Origin: Azolla caroliniana
Taxonomy: Eukaryota > Plantae > Polypodiophyta
Length of the DNA: 64,000 nt
Assembly: GCA_043228905.1 (NCBI GenBank)
Contig: JBHGNT010000018.1
Coordinates: 6,696,001 to 6,760,000, forward strand
Reading direction: 5' to 3'
Part shown: positions 22,902 through 36,522 of the stretch, in pieces
Numbering within the stretch: the stretch's first letter is position 1
How the letters are laid out: each line of letters begins with the position of its first letter
Notes under the pieces: model-generated
Database searches by the model: none
What the model was told of the DNA's origin: nothing
The model's input: the letters and a program-made list of their open reading frames with translations, nothing else
Position numbers and translations under genes: made by a program

Positions 22902-25900
22902 AAAACACAATTTCAAAATTATATCAAGACTCTGTACACACACAGTGCTAAGTAGCACTATTTATACAAGTCCTCTTGGGACTGACAGAAGTACCATGTA
23001 CTTCAATGCTCACACGAGCATCTGACACTTACTACGAGACTATAGCTACCTAGTAGTCTATCCTATACTAGGCTTCCGATTGGACTTCCGGTTACAGATT
23101 GCACCCGGCCTCCACTGCTTGCCAGTTCGGTTGCTCACCGTCATATCGATCCGTTTCGCCCGATTCGTCTCGCTTACTGGCTCCAGCTTATTCAGCCGAT
23201 CCGGCTCTGGTTGAGATTGCCGCTCAACACTCCCCCTCAAGCTCAACCTGAGGTGGGGTCGTAGTGTCGACCTCTGTGGCAGTCGGTTCTTCCAACCGAC
23301 TTCTCCTGGCGTCACTCCGCCTTGCTCGTGCTCCTCGTCCGGTCCGGTCCCGTTTGCCGTGACCCCTTTGGTTCTGCGCGCCTCGGCCCTCTCGGTCGGC
23401 ATGTCTGCTCAATAGGCCCATCTCAGCACTCACGTTGTTGTGACTTCGGCGCTTGCCGATCCGTTGGTTCTCCCACGATGGCATCGACTCCCATGATGGC
23501 ATCGACTTCCGCTGTGTCCGTGTCCCCATGGCCTTCAGTCGATCCGACTCATCCGGATCCATCTGTTGATCCGAGTCAGTTGTCTCCGACTCGTTCCAGC
23601 TCTTGTCCGAATCGGTACACTCCGATTCGACTTCCGGCTTCAGGCCTCTCACCACATCGGACCACTTCTGAGTCTTGGCCTTCTCCATGCTTCCCTCGGC
23701 TTCTTCAGCTGGTGAACCGAAATCGAATTCTTCATTCGACTCCGCATCATGGTCAGTACCGTTGTGATGACCTCCACACAACATGCACTTCTCTTCCTGA
23801 GTGCACAACTCTTCTTCATAGCCGCTTGCTCCGACCTGTTCGGATGTGTCGACTTCCTTCGTCGACTCGGCTTCCTTCATCTTCTGGTCTCCTCTTCTTC
23901 CGGCTCTCCTCTTACCGACGGGTTCAACAGTTTTTTTGCCTTTGCCCGTTTCGATAGAGACTTTGCCCTTGCTTCTCCCCCTCAAGTGCGGCACGTCGAG
24001 ATGCTGAATACCAAGCATGTCGGTAAAGTGCTGCAACTTGTCCGATCCGAGCGGCTTGGTGAAGATGTCGGCAACTTGCCGATTCGTATGAACATACCGT
24101 AGGTCAATTTCACCGCTCAGGACCCGCTCACGCACGAAGTGGTAGTGCACCTCGATGTGCTTTGTGCGAGCATGGAACACAGGGTTCATGGCGAGCTGCA
24201 GGTTGCTCATGTTATCGCAGTAAATCGGGATCGGGGTCGGTACCTCGATCCGCAAGTCTCGCAGCAGTCGCCGAAGCCAAATGGCTTCACAAGTGGCAAC
24301 GGTAGCGGCCCGATACTCAGCCTCAGTGCATGACAAAGCCACTGTGGGCTGCTTCTTGCCGCTCCACGCAACGGCCGCGCTACCTATGGAGAACTTGTAT
24401 TCGGAAGTGGAGCGGCGATCAGACGCATCGCCGGCCCAGTCAACATTTGTGTAACCGACAAGCTCTTCGGGTATACCTCGCCGGTATAGCAGTCCTCGGT
24501 CCTTAGTGCTGCTTACATACCGTAATATTCGTTGCGCGCACTGAAGGTGCTCCACGGTCGGCTTCTGCATGAACTGACTTACCATGCCGACCGGATAGCT
24601 GATGTCGGGTCGGGTGATGGTTAAGTAGATCAGGCTTCTGACAACCTGTCGGAACCGTTTCTCATTGCAGGCCAGTCCGGAGTTGGGACGGAGCTTCTGG
24701 TTCCGGTCCAGGGGTGTGGAGATAGGTCGACAATCCGTCATGCCGAACTTATACAACATATTCAACACGTAATGTCGTTGTGAGAGCAATATGCCGTCGA
24801 GGGTCCGGATCACTTCGATCCCAAGAAAATAATGGAGGTCCCCCAGGTCCTTCATTTCGAATGCGTCCGACAACTGGGACTTGACGCGGTTGATTTCGGG
24901 AAGACCCGGTTCGGTGATGACTAAATCATCCACATACAAGAGTATACATACCGGACCGTCAGAGCCTTGCCAGATGAACAACGAAGGGTCCGACTTAGAG
25001 ACAGCAAACCCCAGCTTACGCAACCGGTGCGTGATCTTCGCGTTCCAAGCTCGGGGGGCTTGCTTCAAGCCGTAAAGCGACTTCTTCAGTCGGCATACCG
25101 CCGACTTGTTCATCTCCGATTGAAATCCGGGGGGCTGAGTCATAAAGACTTCTTCTTCAAGCTCTCCTTGAAGGAAGGCGTTCTTCACATCCATCTGGTG
25201 AAGATGCCACCCCCTTGCCGCAACAACCGCCAGTACCACACGAACCGTCGTCATCTTCGCCACAGGAGCGAAGGTCTCGTCGTAGTCGATTTCGTGGGTC
25301 TGCGCGTATCCCTTCGCCACTAACCGGGCTTTGTACCGGTTAACAGAACCGTCGGCGTTGTACTTGACCTTGTACACCCACTTGCATCCGATCGGTTTAC
25401 AGTGACGGGGAGGATCAACTAGGTCCCAAGTTTCGTTGGCATCGAGTGCCCGCATTTCTTCGTCCATAGCGGCACGCCAATTTGCGTCCTTTGCCGCTTC
25501 TGCGTAGCTCTCCGGCTCACGCACTTCTGTTACCTTAGTCATGTACGCATAATGATGCGCCATGTATTCATTGTACCTGTACCGCATGACGGGATCCTTT
25601 TGGCGAGTTGATCGGCGCAACGCACTGTCACCTGATTTCAGGCCCTTCTTGGCCAGTTCGGTCTTCGTTGCCGAAGATCCGCCTTTCTCCTTTCCGGAGT
25701 CGGATACACACCGATCCGACTCTTCGTTGCCGGTTTCGAATTCCGACATCTTCCTCTTCCCCTTCTCTTTGCGCGTGAATCGTTTCCTTGGTTCCTTGCG
25801 CGGGGAGAGCACGACATAGTCTCCACCACTTGCCGTCTCTTCATCTGACTGGTCCAACCGACTCAGTCGCTCGTTCGGTCCACTCAACCGTAATGATTCC

Positions 25901-28417
25901 GGGCCCTCAGCTTGAGTCCCGGCTTCATCTTCCTCTGCCAGGGCTGATTCAGGCTCATTGGCCTGATCTTCCGGCATTGGGTCGGGATCGGAAGTCGGAG
26001 TCGGTACGGAGTACCAGGATGCCGATTCGTCGAACTCGACATCCCGGCTAACTCGGACTTCCTTCGTCCGGGGGTTATAGCACTTATACCCCTTTTGCTC
26101 TTGAGCATAGCCGACTATGATGCATTTTTCCGATTTTGCATCCAACTTTCTCCGCTTCTGATCCGGCACATGCACATACGCTATGCTGCCGAATATCCGA
26201 AGGTGTCTTAAGTTCGGCTTGCGCCCGAAATACAGCTCATGAGCTGACACCTTGTCACCGATGCGGTTCTGTATGTAGACGGCCGTCTGGACCGCCTCCG
26301 CCTAGTAGAACCGGGGCATGCTCTTTTCCTCCAGCATTGCCCTTGCCACTTCGACGAGTGTCCGGTTCTTCCTTTCGGCCACACCGTTTTGCTCCGGTGT
26401 GTATCTGCAGCTGAACTCTCACTGAATTCCCTTCTGCTGCAGATAACTAGTGAATTGGCCGGAAAAATATTCCTTTCCACCATCCTACTGAAGGCATTTG
26501 ATCTTCCTCTCCGATTCCCGTTCCACCATCTTCTAGAGGCTCCGGAAACAGTCGAAGACTTCGCTCTTCTGCTCAATGAGGTAGATCCAAGTATGCCGAG
26601 TATAGTCGTCGATGAAGGAGATGAAGTATCGGCTCCCGCCAAGGCTTACACTTTGTGCCGGTCCCCACACATCCGAATGGATGAGATCGAGCTTGTTACG
26701 GCTCCGGTTCCGTTCGGTGGGGAATGGAAGCCAGTGTTGCTTCCCAAGTTGGCAGGCTTCACAAATTTCGGCTCTCCGGCCGTTGAACTTCGGCAAACCG
26801 AAAATGACTCGTTTCGTTTGCAGATCTTGAAGCCTCCGGTAGTTGACGTGGCCTATCCGCTTGTGCCACAGGTCGATGTCCGACTCGACCTTCTGTCGTT
26901 TCGCGAACAGAACGGTGCCAAAGTCATTGGTGTCGAGGATAAACATCCTCCCGTCTCTGCGCCCTTGCGCAATGACTTCGCCCTCATCCTCAATGAAGCA
27001 CCCGAGGTGCGTAAACCGCACCTGCATCCCTTGGTCGACAATCTGACCGATGGACACCAGGTTCTTCGTGATCGTCGGAACGTGTAATACGTTCATCAGC
27101 TTCCCTTTCTGTCTGACGTGGCTTAGAGGGACTTCTCCGACGTGCACGATTGGGTGAGGAGTGTCGTCTCCGGTTTTGACTACTCCTGGTTGATCCGGTC
27201 TCTCCAGAAAGGAGAACCACTCTTTGTGGCTCGTCATGTGGTTCGACGCGCCGGAATCAACATACCACACTTCCTCCGTTTTGGAAGTGGTCTTCTTCAT
27301 TGAGTTTGCCTTGTGATTCATCACCAAGGTTGGCCCCTTTCTGGCCTTTCCGGTTCCGGATCCTTCTGATCCGTTTGCCTGGTGCGAGTTTTGCCGGCCA
27401 TCCTTACCGGTCTTGCCGGATCCAGATTTGTCCGAATCGGCACGCTTTCTCCAGCACTCGCTTTCCCTGTGGCCTTTTTTGCCACAGTACCAGTATTCTG
27501 TAGTGGATTTGTCTTGCCGGCTTCCGGCACCGCCTTGACTCCCCCTGCTTGTGGAAGTCCCAGAACTGCTGTCGGCACGCTCATAGTGCCTCCGTTCCTG
27601 CTCTTGCCGGCCGCCTCCATTGCGTGCCGACCCACCTCTTCCACCATGCCCACGGAGCCGATCCGTTCCCGTGTACAGCATTCGGCTGTCCGGGGATGCA
27701 CTGGTAGATGCACCGGCGTGGTTCTCCTCTACAAGGAGCATCGACTGTAAGTCGAAGAATGAGGGGGTATTCTCCCTTGTACACACCGCAGTTCGGAACG
27801 CTCCGAACTTGGACGCCAGGCCTCTGAGGCATACTTGCACCATCTCATCTTCCTCTACGGTAACATTGATAGAGGCGAGCAAGTCGCAGATCTCCTTTAT
27901 CCGGCCCGTGTAGTCTGCCACAGACATGTTCTTATGTCGAACATTGCTCAACTCCTGTCTGAGTTGCAGGTTCCGGGCAATGGTGCTTGCGGCGAAAACC
28001 TTTTTCAGGTTCCCCCAAGCATCCTTCGGTGTCTTGGCGTCACGGATGTGGCTGAGCAGCTGATTGCTGACACTGGACGCGAAGCAGTACATCACCCTGC
28101 TTGCCGCATGTTCCCATACTGGGAAGTCCTTGTGTGCCGAGTCGGGCGCCGCATCATTTGCTCCTTCGACATAACTCCAGTACCCGTGTCCAAGCAGGTA
28201 CTGGTGCATCTTGTAAGACCAGGATGCGTAGTTGCTCCTGTCGAGCTTCTCCACCGGGAGCGACGTAGCCATGCCTCTATCCATGTCTTCTACTGTGTTT
28301 GTTTTCGACTTGTTAGGGTTTTCTTCTCAAGAATAAATGTCTGCAGCAAAGGTTCTCAACCCTCGCGCTCTGATACCATGTAAACGTAAGTGTTTGCGGA
28401 AGCGTAAAACAGAGAAC

Positions 28418-28477
<60 letters not shown>

Positions 28478-28805
28478 AGAACACAATTTCAAAATTATAT
28501 CAAGACTCTGTACACACACTGTGCTAAGTAGCACTATTTATACAAGTCCTCTTGGGACTAACAGAAGTACCATGTACTTCAATGCTCACACGAGCATTTG
28601 ACACTTACTACGAGACTATAGCTACCTAGTAGTCTATCCTATACTAGGCTTCCGATTGGACTTCCGGTTACAGATTGCACCCGGCCTCCACTGCTTGTCG
28701 GTTCGGTTGCTCACCGTCATACCGATCCGTTTCGCCCGATCTGTCTCGCTTACCGGCTCCGGCTTATTCAGCCGATCCGGCTCCGGTTGAGCTTGCCGGT
28801 CAACA
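22809..28805 (-). mobile_element. Full-length Ty1/Copia (Bryco/RLC5-like) with LTRs at 22809-23229 and 28379-28805, TSD ATTGC
   Basis: TG...CA LTRs containing (AG)n; tRNA-Met PBS at 28367-28378; PPT next to 23230; ATTGC at 22804-22808 and 28806-28810. Confidence 0.95.
23224..28284 (-). pseudogene. Copia gag-pol with three in-frame stops (~26533, ~26487, ~26303)
   Basis: Gag CCHC-like YCGKKGHRESEC, PR VDSGASNHM, IN HKRIGH/CEAC/HSDVWGP, RT YKARLVAKG/YVDDL, RH TKHIEVHYH. Confidence 0.93.
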
Positions 28806-28959
28806 ATTGCTTTGACCCATCTAGGGTCCTTCGCGTCTTAGGAAAAAGTTTCTGGTTCTAAGACTGTTTCCACCATCATCATGAATGCATAATGGTATGG
28901 CATGTAAGTCGTTCTAGTCGAATTGGTTGACTACGTTCTTCTTTTAGGTGGAACGACAT

Positions 28960-31436
28960 TGTCGTGTGTTTTTTCACACATGATATGAAAACTAGTAAAA
29001 TAATTATTTAAGATTAGCTTAATGTATTGATATGGAAAGATAGATGTCTTCAAGAGCTTCATAACGTATTTACTACACATGAAACGGATAAATAAGTATC
29101 AAGTTATGTGAGTGTGAAGTTTGAAGAAAAAAAAAAAGAAGACAAAACTGTGAGATATCCCACATAGATAGGGTAACATTGGAACCCATGATATATAAGG
29201 GAAACCAAAACATATTCACTGTATCAATGTGTGGAGCATAGAATGTTCAAGGTGACTTGGGCTACATTGTGTGGTGTGGACGCTTTGGGCGTATGTGCGT
29301 GTGCACGATCGTGTGCACGTTTTCGAACGTACGCGCGTGTGCAAGTTTCGGGTGTAAGCGTGCACGACCGCGTGGATGTTTCGGAAGGATGTGCACGTCC
29401 ACAGCCTCGTGGGACACTCAGACGGACGTTGTGCGCGGCCTCGTGGGACACTCAGACGGACGTTGTGCACGGATGCATACACTGCGCGGTCGGGACTTTT
29501 GCGCGCGGACACGTCTACAGTTTGGTTGCGACGCACGTACGGATTGCACACGGGCTAAACTTTATGGATGATTGGGTCATTTGGCCGAATTATACGGACG
29601 GTCGCATGCAACTAAAAGCCAAGGCCATGCAACTAAAAGTAAAAGGCATGCAACTAAAAATGGAAGCATGTAACTAAAAGTAGAGGCCATGCAACTAAAA
29701 ATAGAGGCCATGCAATTAAAAGTGGACATGCAAAGTAACATTGGGAAGGAGGATCAACAAAGGGCTCGATATATGTTCCATTTTTTCCCTCTACTTTTTT
29801 TTTTCTTTCCCTTTCTTCTTCTCTCTCCCATTCCTTGGGGGAAGAAATCTCTCTCATATTGATATCGGACCACTCCTTACATGGTTGTTGGCTCCTTCCT
29901 TTCAAGAATAATCTCTCATATTCATATTGGACCACTCCTTATATGGATGTTGGCTCCTTTCTTTAAAAGATTTATCTCTCATTTTTATATCCAATCCATT
30001 GTAACATGATTCTAAGTTTATAAAGAATCAATTTCTTTTGCAATAAATGAATGTTTCCTCTCATCTACTTATATTATATGTGAATCTTGCTTATGTCATT
30101 GGTGAACCCGGCGTGAAAGCGTGGTAGGGGAGGACGGACACAAACGAATAAGATTTCGTGGAGATGATGTCGAAGACGATGGTGGATTTCACGAGGGCAA
30201 GGTGCAACGAAGAAGAAAAAAATAGAAAAAGAAACAGTCACAACCTTTGGCCCTGCCACATCACTTTTTTCTTTGGCACATGCCGGAGGATGTGTGGTTT
30301 GGTGGGGGTGGATGTCATGGTATGACGTGTGGAGTGTGAGAAAAAGCGAGGTTCCACACATATCTAATGAAATAATACATAAAATATAAATAACGATAAT
30401 AAGTAACTTGTAGTAGCTTAGTGGTTAAGGTATATAAGTATGTGTAGAGAGGTGTAGATTTTGAGTCTCTCTTCCTACAAAATAAGGAGTATTTTTGCTC
30501 CCCTTCCAATTTTGTGAAAGGAAAAGAAGAAGAAGCATATAATGTTAAAATAAGCTCCTCTTTCCTCTATAAGTGGATTTGGATTTCTAGTATTCTACTT
30601 CTTACTCGGGATATTTTAGGGTTTGGATTTCTTAAAGAATGGCTTCTTCGGCATCTCGGTGGTGTCATGATATGGCAAGACTCGAACCCATGACCTTATG
30701 CTACATGGGTCAAGCTCTTGACCATTAAACTATACATTGTAATACGTAAAATATTATTTTCATTTATGTTTTATTATAGAAAATTGATGTATATTCTAGA
30801 TTTCTCTGGAACATTCTAGAAACATCAGGAGTATTCCTTAGAACACTATAAAAGGAGGCACAAGGCATTATTTCGAACCAAATCGGTTCAACGCCAGTCT
30901 TAAGCCTCCTAGCTACTGTACATTTTCTTCACATAACATATTTCTTTTCTTATCATCACTCTCTCTCTCTCTCTCTCACCCTCCCTCTCACTCACTCTTT
31001 CCTTCTCTCGAGAGTTCTTCACCTCTCTTAGTACTAATACTTCTTTTAGTACTAATTCTTTCTCTGTCTTAGTACTGTTCCTGATAGGTGGTAGTCAACT
31101 CGGTGGCTGGTTGTGGAAGGGAGGTTGTAGTGGCACGAGAGTTACTCCGAATCGAGGCAACATAGCCGTCGGAAGTAGTCAAACTCGGAGCCCACTAGAC
31201 TCACCTTCGCCGGTTTATTTATAACCGATTATTGTAATAACCACCGTAATTGTGGTGTCAAGCCTAACAATTGTAAAAAAGAAAAAGAAAAAACCCCTAA
31301 TTTATATCAAAACTTATGTTACATATTTCCCCATGTCTTTTTTTTAATCTCCTACTTCCTCACTACTTTTGTCTCCCCGGTCCAAGGCCCCGACGGTCCC
31401 GTTCAAGTGACACACGCACCCGAAATTTTCGCGACA
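28960..31436 (+). mobile_element. Trp-primed TRIM-like composite: LTR-A 28960-30098, PBS 30100-30117, ~200-bp internal region, PPT, dissimilar LTR-B 30313-31436
   Basis: PBS TGGTGAACCCGGCGTGAA; pre-LTR sequence CCGGAGGATGTGTGGTTTGGTGGGGGTGGA matches the array PPT region; flanks ACAT/ATGT. Confidence 0.75.
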
Positions 31437-34321
31437 ATGTGGTTCTCTTGGCGCCCTCATGATGGATACATCTAGTCACAATGCTCACTGTCGGCTGAGT
31501 GGTCTAATTCATCTCTATCTGAGTCTTCATACTTAGGCATTTTGGCCTTTCCTTTGTCTTGTTTCGAACTAGGACGCGACATGCTTTGGACACTTGGAGG
31601 CTCTTGTGGTCCACTCAACCTAGTGGAGATTGGACTTTCCTCTAATGTGGGCCTCGGTCGATCATCCTCCTCTGCATCTGTGTCGAACTCGGTTTCGACA
31701 GTGTCGGATGAGGTTGATTCGACTGTATACCAGGATGTCGACTCATCGAATACGATATCCCTACTCACTCGTACCTAGTTGAGATTGGACTTTCTTCTGA
31801 TGTGGGCCTCGGTCAATCATCCTCCTCCGCATTTGTGTCGAACTCGGGTTCGATAGTGTTGGATGAGGTTGATTCGACTGTATACTAGGTAGGATGCCGA
31901 CTCGTCGAATACGATATCCCTACTCACTAGTACCTTCTTGGTAGAAGGGTTGAAGAACTTATACCCTTTTTTCTCGAGTGAGTACCTTACGAGTATACAT
32001 TTCTCCGACTTGGGATCGAGCTTCTACCGCTTCTCGCCGGGAATATGTACATATGCTATTGAACCGAATATCCTGACGTGGGATAGATCCGGTTTCTTCC
32101 CATAGAGCTTTTTGTAGGGGCTAACATCATGCACTCTTGATGTTGTGCAATGATTCATCAGATAGACGACTGTATTGGCCGCTTCAGCCCAATATGATTT
32201 TGGCAGATGTTTCTCGTTCATCATTGCCCTTGCCACCTCAAGCATGTGCCGGTTCTTGCGTTCGGCTACTTCGTTCTGCTGAGGTATGTGTCGACAAGTA
32301 AACTCCCGCCGGATTCCTTCTTGTTGAAGGTATGCGGTAAAGGCATCAGAGAAGTACTCCTTGACGCCGTCCGATCGAAGGCATCATACATGATGATTGG
32401 TTGCCTTTTCGACTTCGTTCTTAAATTTCTAGAAGTGCAAGACCACTTCACTCTTCTAGCGCATGGGATAAATCCAAGTATGTATGGAGAAGTTGTCGAT
32501 GACGTTATGTAGTATCGGCAACCACCGAATGTTGCCTTTTGGGCTAGCCCCCATACATATGAATGTATTACATCCAGGATCCATTTGCTTACATTTCTCT
32601 CCTTTGGGAATGGTTGTCGGTGCTGTTTGCCGAATTGGCAAGCTTCACACACGCCTGCACTTTCCTTTTTCGGTATGAGTTGACAGTCCGATGATGACTC
32701 CTTTCGACTGCATCCCTTTGAGCTTGTGGAGATTGATGTGGCCAATTCTTTTGTGTCATAGCTCTATGTCGTGTTGGCTGTCTAGCCCTTGGCATACATT
32801 GCCGAGTTCATCTCATGAGAGTCGAGGATGAACATCCAGCCTTCTCTCCGACCGCGAGCGATGAGTCAACCTTCTTTTTCGATGAAGCATCCTCCATCGT
32901 TGAAGCGGATTTGCATGCCTTGTTCGACTATCTAGCCAATTAAGACCAAGTTCTTTGTTATTGTAGGAATATGCAAAACATTCTTGATGTATGTTTGGTT
33001 GCCTTCCCCAAATGAGACATTGCCGATATGCTCAATGGGGTGAATTGTGTCATCCCCAGTTTCCACATAACCGGGTTGTTTGAGCTTTCGTAGCTCCTTG
33101 AACCAATCCTCGTGGGATGTAATGTGGTTCGATGCACCCGAGTTGGCAAACCATACATCTTCTGGTTTGGAGGTGTTGGTCGGGTTTGAGGTTGTCATCG
33201 AGTGTGCTCTGTGCCTGATCACAAACATTCGGCCACTATTATCATAGTTGGAGTTGGAGGCGTAGTTTGTGAGTTGTTAGCTTGTGGAGGCCGACTCACT
33301 CTTCTTTTTCCGACACTCTACCTCATAGTGGCCGAATTTACCACAATATCCGCACTAAGCGAGATTGTTTTGTCTGTTGGGTTCGGCCTGATTGCTCCCC
33401 CTTCTTCTGGACGCTCCGCCTCGTGCGTTCGAGACGTCTTGTTGGTAATGGAAGTTCTGTTCTCGGGGTTGGTCTTGGTTGTGTCGGCCTTGGCCGAATC
33501 ATCCTCTTCTTCCACGGCCTTGTCCTCTTCCTCCATCAAACTTTGAATAGAGCATTTTTCCTTCTTGCGCATTGTTTCTTGTTTGAACATGATTCTCCTC
33601 GACCAAAAGTATCGACTGGAGATTGGAGGGAGGATTCTCCCTCGCAAGGACTGCCGACCGAATGGCTTTGAACCGAGGTGCTAAGCCTCCAAGGCAAATC
33701 TGCACTATCTCATTGTCGTCAATGCTAACATTGATCGACCCGAGGGCATTGCACAACTCCTTGATCTTCAAGGTGTAGCTACCGATTGACATGTCCCTCT
33801 ATTGTATACCATTCAACTCTTGATGGAGTTGACGCTTTCTTGCAGTTGTGTTGGCCGTGGAAATCTTCTTGAGGTTCCCCCACTCCTGGTTCAGTGTTTT
33901 GGCCTCTCGGATGTAGCTGAGCATGTGATCATGGACGCATGATGCAAGGCAGTACAACCCACGACTCGCTGCTTGCTCCCCATGTGTTGGGTTGGGTTGA
34001 TTTTTGTTTGCTCCTTCGACATAATTCCATTAGCCTTGGCCGACAAGGTATTTGTGCATCTTGTACTCCCAAGATGCAAAGTTGTTTTTGTCGAGCTTCT
34101 CGGTAGGAAGAACATTTCCCATCTGAGTGTTCATTACTTCTTCTTCTTCTCCTCTTTGATACGAACTGTGCAGGTTGCTGCTACAACGATCCACCGGTTC
34201 TTTCCGAACATGGGATTGGGCAAAAAACACACAGAGGCGATGGGCTTCAATCAAGCAACCACATGCTCAGGTACCATGTAAAGAATCAAATGGATTCGGT
34301 GTGACGGAAGAACTGTGTGTG

Positions 34322-34362
<41 letters not shown>

Positions 34363-34415
34363 TACAGAAAAAAAGAAAATTGTATTAACAAGAAGCAAGA
34401 ATAACCAACAATTAC

Positions 34416-35293
34416 TGTTGGCATAAAAGGCCTACTCCTTCCAAGTTGTATCCGTCCGAGTGTGAACTCGTCAATAAGTTAGGGCTTAGTATATAAGGGA
34501 ATACCTAACATTGTATAGAGTGACGAGTGCCAGAGAGATGAACTGTCTATGCATTGTATCTCAGAGAGAGAGAGTGAGAATGAAGCAATAAAGCTTTCCA
34601 TTAAAGCTTGCACTGTGTAAGTCCACACCTGCTCTATTTTCTGTCTGCGTTGTTTGTTGTTCATAACCGACAACAGATCCATACACGTTTCAGCAAATCA
34701 CACTCGTTACCAACAACTGGTATCAAAGAAAATCTTTGCTATTCGGCGGCAATAGACAACAGAAGAAGCTGAAAGAAAAGACCAGGTCAGAAATCTCAAG
34801 TTCACAAAAAGAATATGGCTTCAACATCCGGAACAGGAGTTGAAATCAGAAAATTTGACGGCAAAAACTTTGCCTTGTGGAAGGAGATGATGCAAGATGT
34901 GCTGATCATTCGAAGATAGGTCGAAGCCATTTAGCACAACCAAAAACCTGCTTCAATTACAGCCGCGGAGTGGAGATCAACGGATTAAATCGCACGCTCC
35001 ACCATCCGAATGCATTTGGCCGAAAACGTCTATTTTAGCATGGCGAAAGAGACGATAGCATTCTCATTGTGGGAGAAGCTACATGCCGTTTATGAAAAGA
35101 AGTCCTCATCTTCGAAATTGATTTTGATCAAACAACTGTTCAACATAAAGATGAGAGAGATTGATCCGGAAACCTCCCACATGAACACCTTCAGTCGGGT
35201 GTTGTCTGAGCTCTCGTCACAAGGGATCAACTTTGAAGAAGAAGTGAAAGCCCTTGCCCTCCTATCGAGCTTGCCGGCGAGTTGGGAGGTATT
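34416..35293 (+). mobile_element. 5' fragment of a Copia element (Tork/Tnt1-like): LTR 34416-34715, Met PBS, degenerate gag
   Basis: TGTTGG...CCAACA, TGGTATCAAAG at 34718, EIRKFDGKNFALWK and LLSSLPASWE. Confidence 0.75.
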
Positions 35294-35597
35294 TGTTACC
35301 ATACGAGATGTACGGGTGATTGATAAGTGTGATAAGTAAGGGTGAACGATGTAATGCGTTCATATGTATGTGTAATGTTATACGATTATGAGTGTGAGTG
35401 TGGTGGATACAAAGAGGTGTGAGTGAGTGACTAGGTGTGAATGCCCACGGGGCCTTGCGCCCTTGTGTATCTACCCTTTGTACCTATTTAACCCCTTATG
35501 GGGAATGAATGAATACAAGGAACATTTCTCTCTCAATCTCTCTCTCTCTCTTGTCATCTCTCTTTCTCTCTCTCTCTTCCCTTACATTAAACCCCCT

Positions 35598-36522
35598 TGA
35601 CCAAGATGCGTAGTTACTTCTGTCGAGCTTCTCAGTTGGAAGCGAACTAGCCATACCTCTATCCATTTTTTCCTTTCTGTTCTTCACCGAGATTAGGTTG
35701 ATTTTTTGTGTGTGTTTCGAGCTGAAGTCAGCTGCAGAGGTTCTCAACCCTCGCGCTCTGATACCATATGAAATGTAACGTGCGGAAGCTATATGACACA
35801 CAGAATACCATCAGGAGGAAACAATAGGTTTAATGGAGAGCTTAAGACACAATGTACGTAGGAGAGACAGAGAGGGAAAAAATAACACAGAAGAAACTGA
35901 ATTCAAAATAATGTGTAAAAACTCTCTACACATAAGATGTGCTCAGGGAGAACTTTAATACAAGTCCATATGGATTGACAGAAGTATTGACACGTACTTC
36001 AATGCTCATAATTGAGCTCCTACACTAACTCCCAAATATATTCCCTCGCGGAATATTTGTTCAACGGCCTCCCGATTTCCGCACCGATCCGGCCTCTTGT
36101 TGCGCACCGGTTTGCGCACCAGTTTATGCACCGGTTTACAGCCAATGTTGAGCTTGTATCTCAACAATCCTCTTCTAGGGCCCTTGACCACATCTGACCA
36201 CGTCCTGGTTCTGGCCTTCCTCTTTAGGTCGGCTCTGCCCTTCTTGGCTCTGCCTCCCCCTCATTTGGTTGACTCCGGCTTTGTCTCTCTCTTTTGACCA
36301 CTCCCCCTACAACAGACTAGTCTTCTGATGTTCTCTTTCTAGTCTTTTGTAAGCTGTTCTCCTTCCACTTGTCGTCTCGTCTGATCCATCTTTGGCTTCT
36401 TCAATTGATCCAGACATTCTAGCTTCTTTAACCGTTCTGGATTTGAATTTCACATCTAATTCGGCTTCTTGGACATCTCTCCCCCTCTCACCTTTGCTTC
36501 GTCTTTCAATTCTCCCCCTCAA
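35598..36522 (-). mobile_element. Nested Bryco-like Copia fragments: gag N-terminus + PBS (35755-35766) + LTR (35767-36166) inserted in another copy's 3' tail
   Basis: MDRGMASSLPTEKLDRSNYASWS; GCTCTGATACCA; tail with WSDVVKG homologous to the 23.6-kb region. Confidence 0.75.

Larger units (their letters stand above)
21060..34415 (-). mobile_element. Old, degenerate Ty1/Copia element (Bryco/RLC5-like), split by insertions at 22809-28805 and 28960-31436
   Basis: Fragmented RH/RT (YVDDL at ~22270, TKHIEVH), IN and Gag (LPTEKLDKNNFASWEYKMH). PBS-like TGGTACCTGAGC at 34276-34265; LTR begins at 34277. Reading frames continue across the insertions. Left boundary approximate. Confidence 0.8.

Noticed and set aside
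22638-23025. ORFs with SLSLSL/ERERER runs (also 28313-28534)
   Set aside because: Translations of (AG)n microsatellites in Copia LTRs
35598-36522. Possible shared-LTR tandem of Copia elements
   Set aside because: The LTR abuts mid-tail sequence without the family PPT, so a nested insertion explains it better
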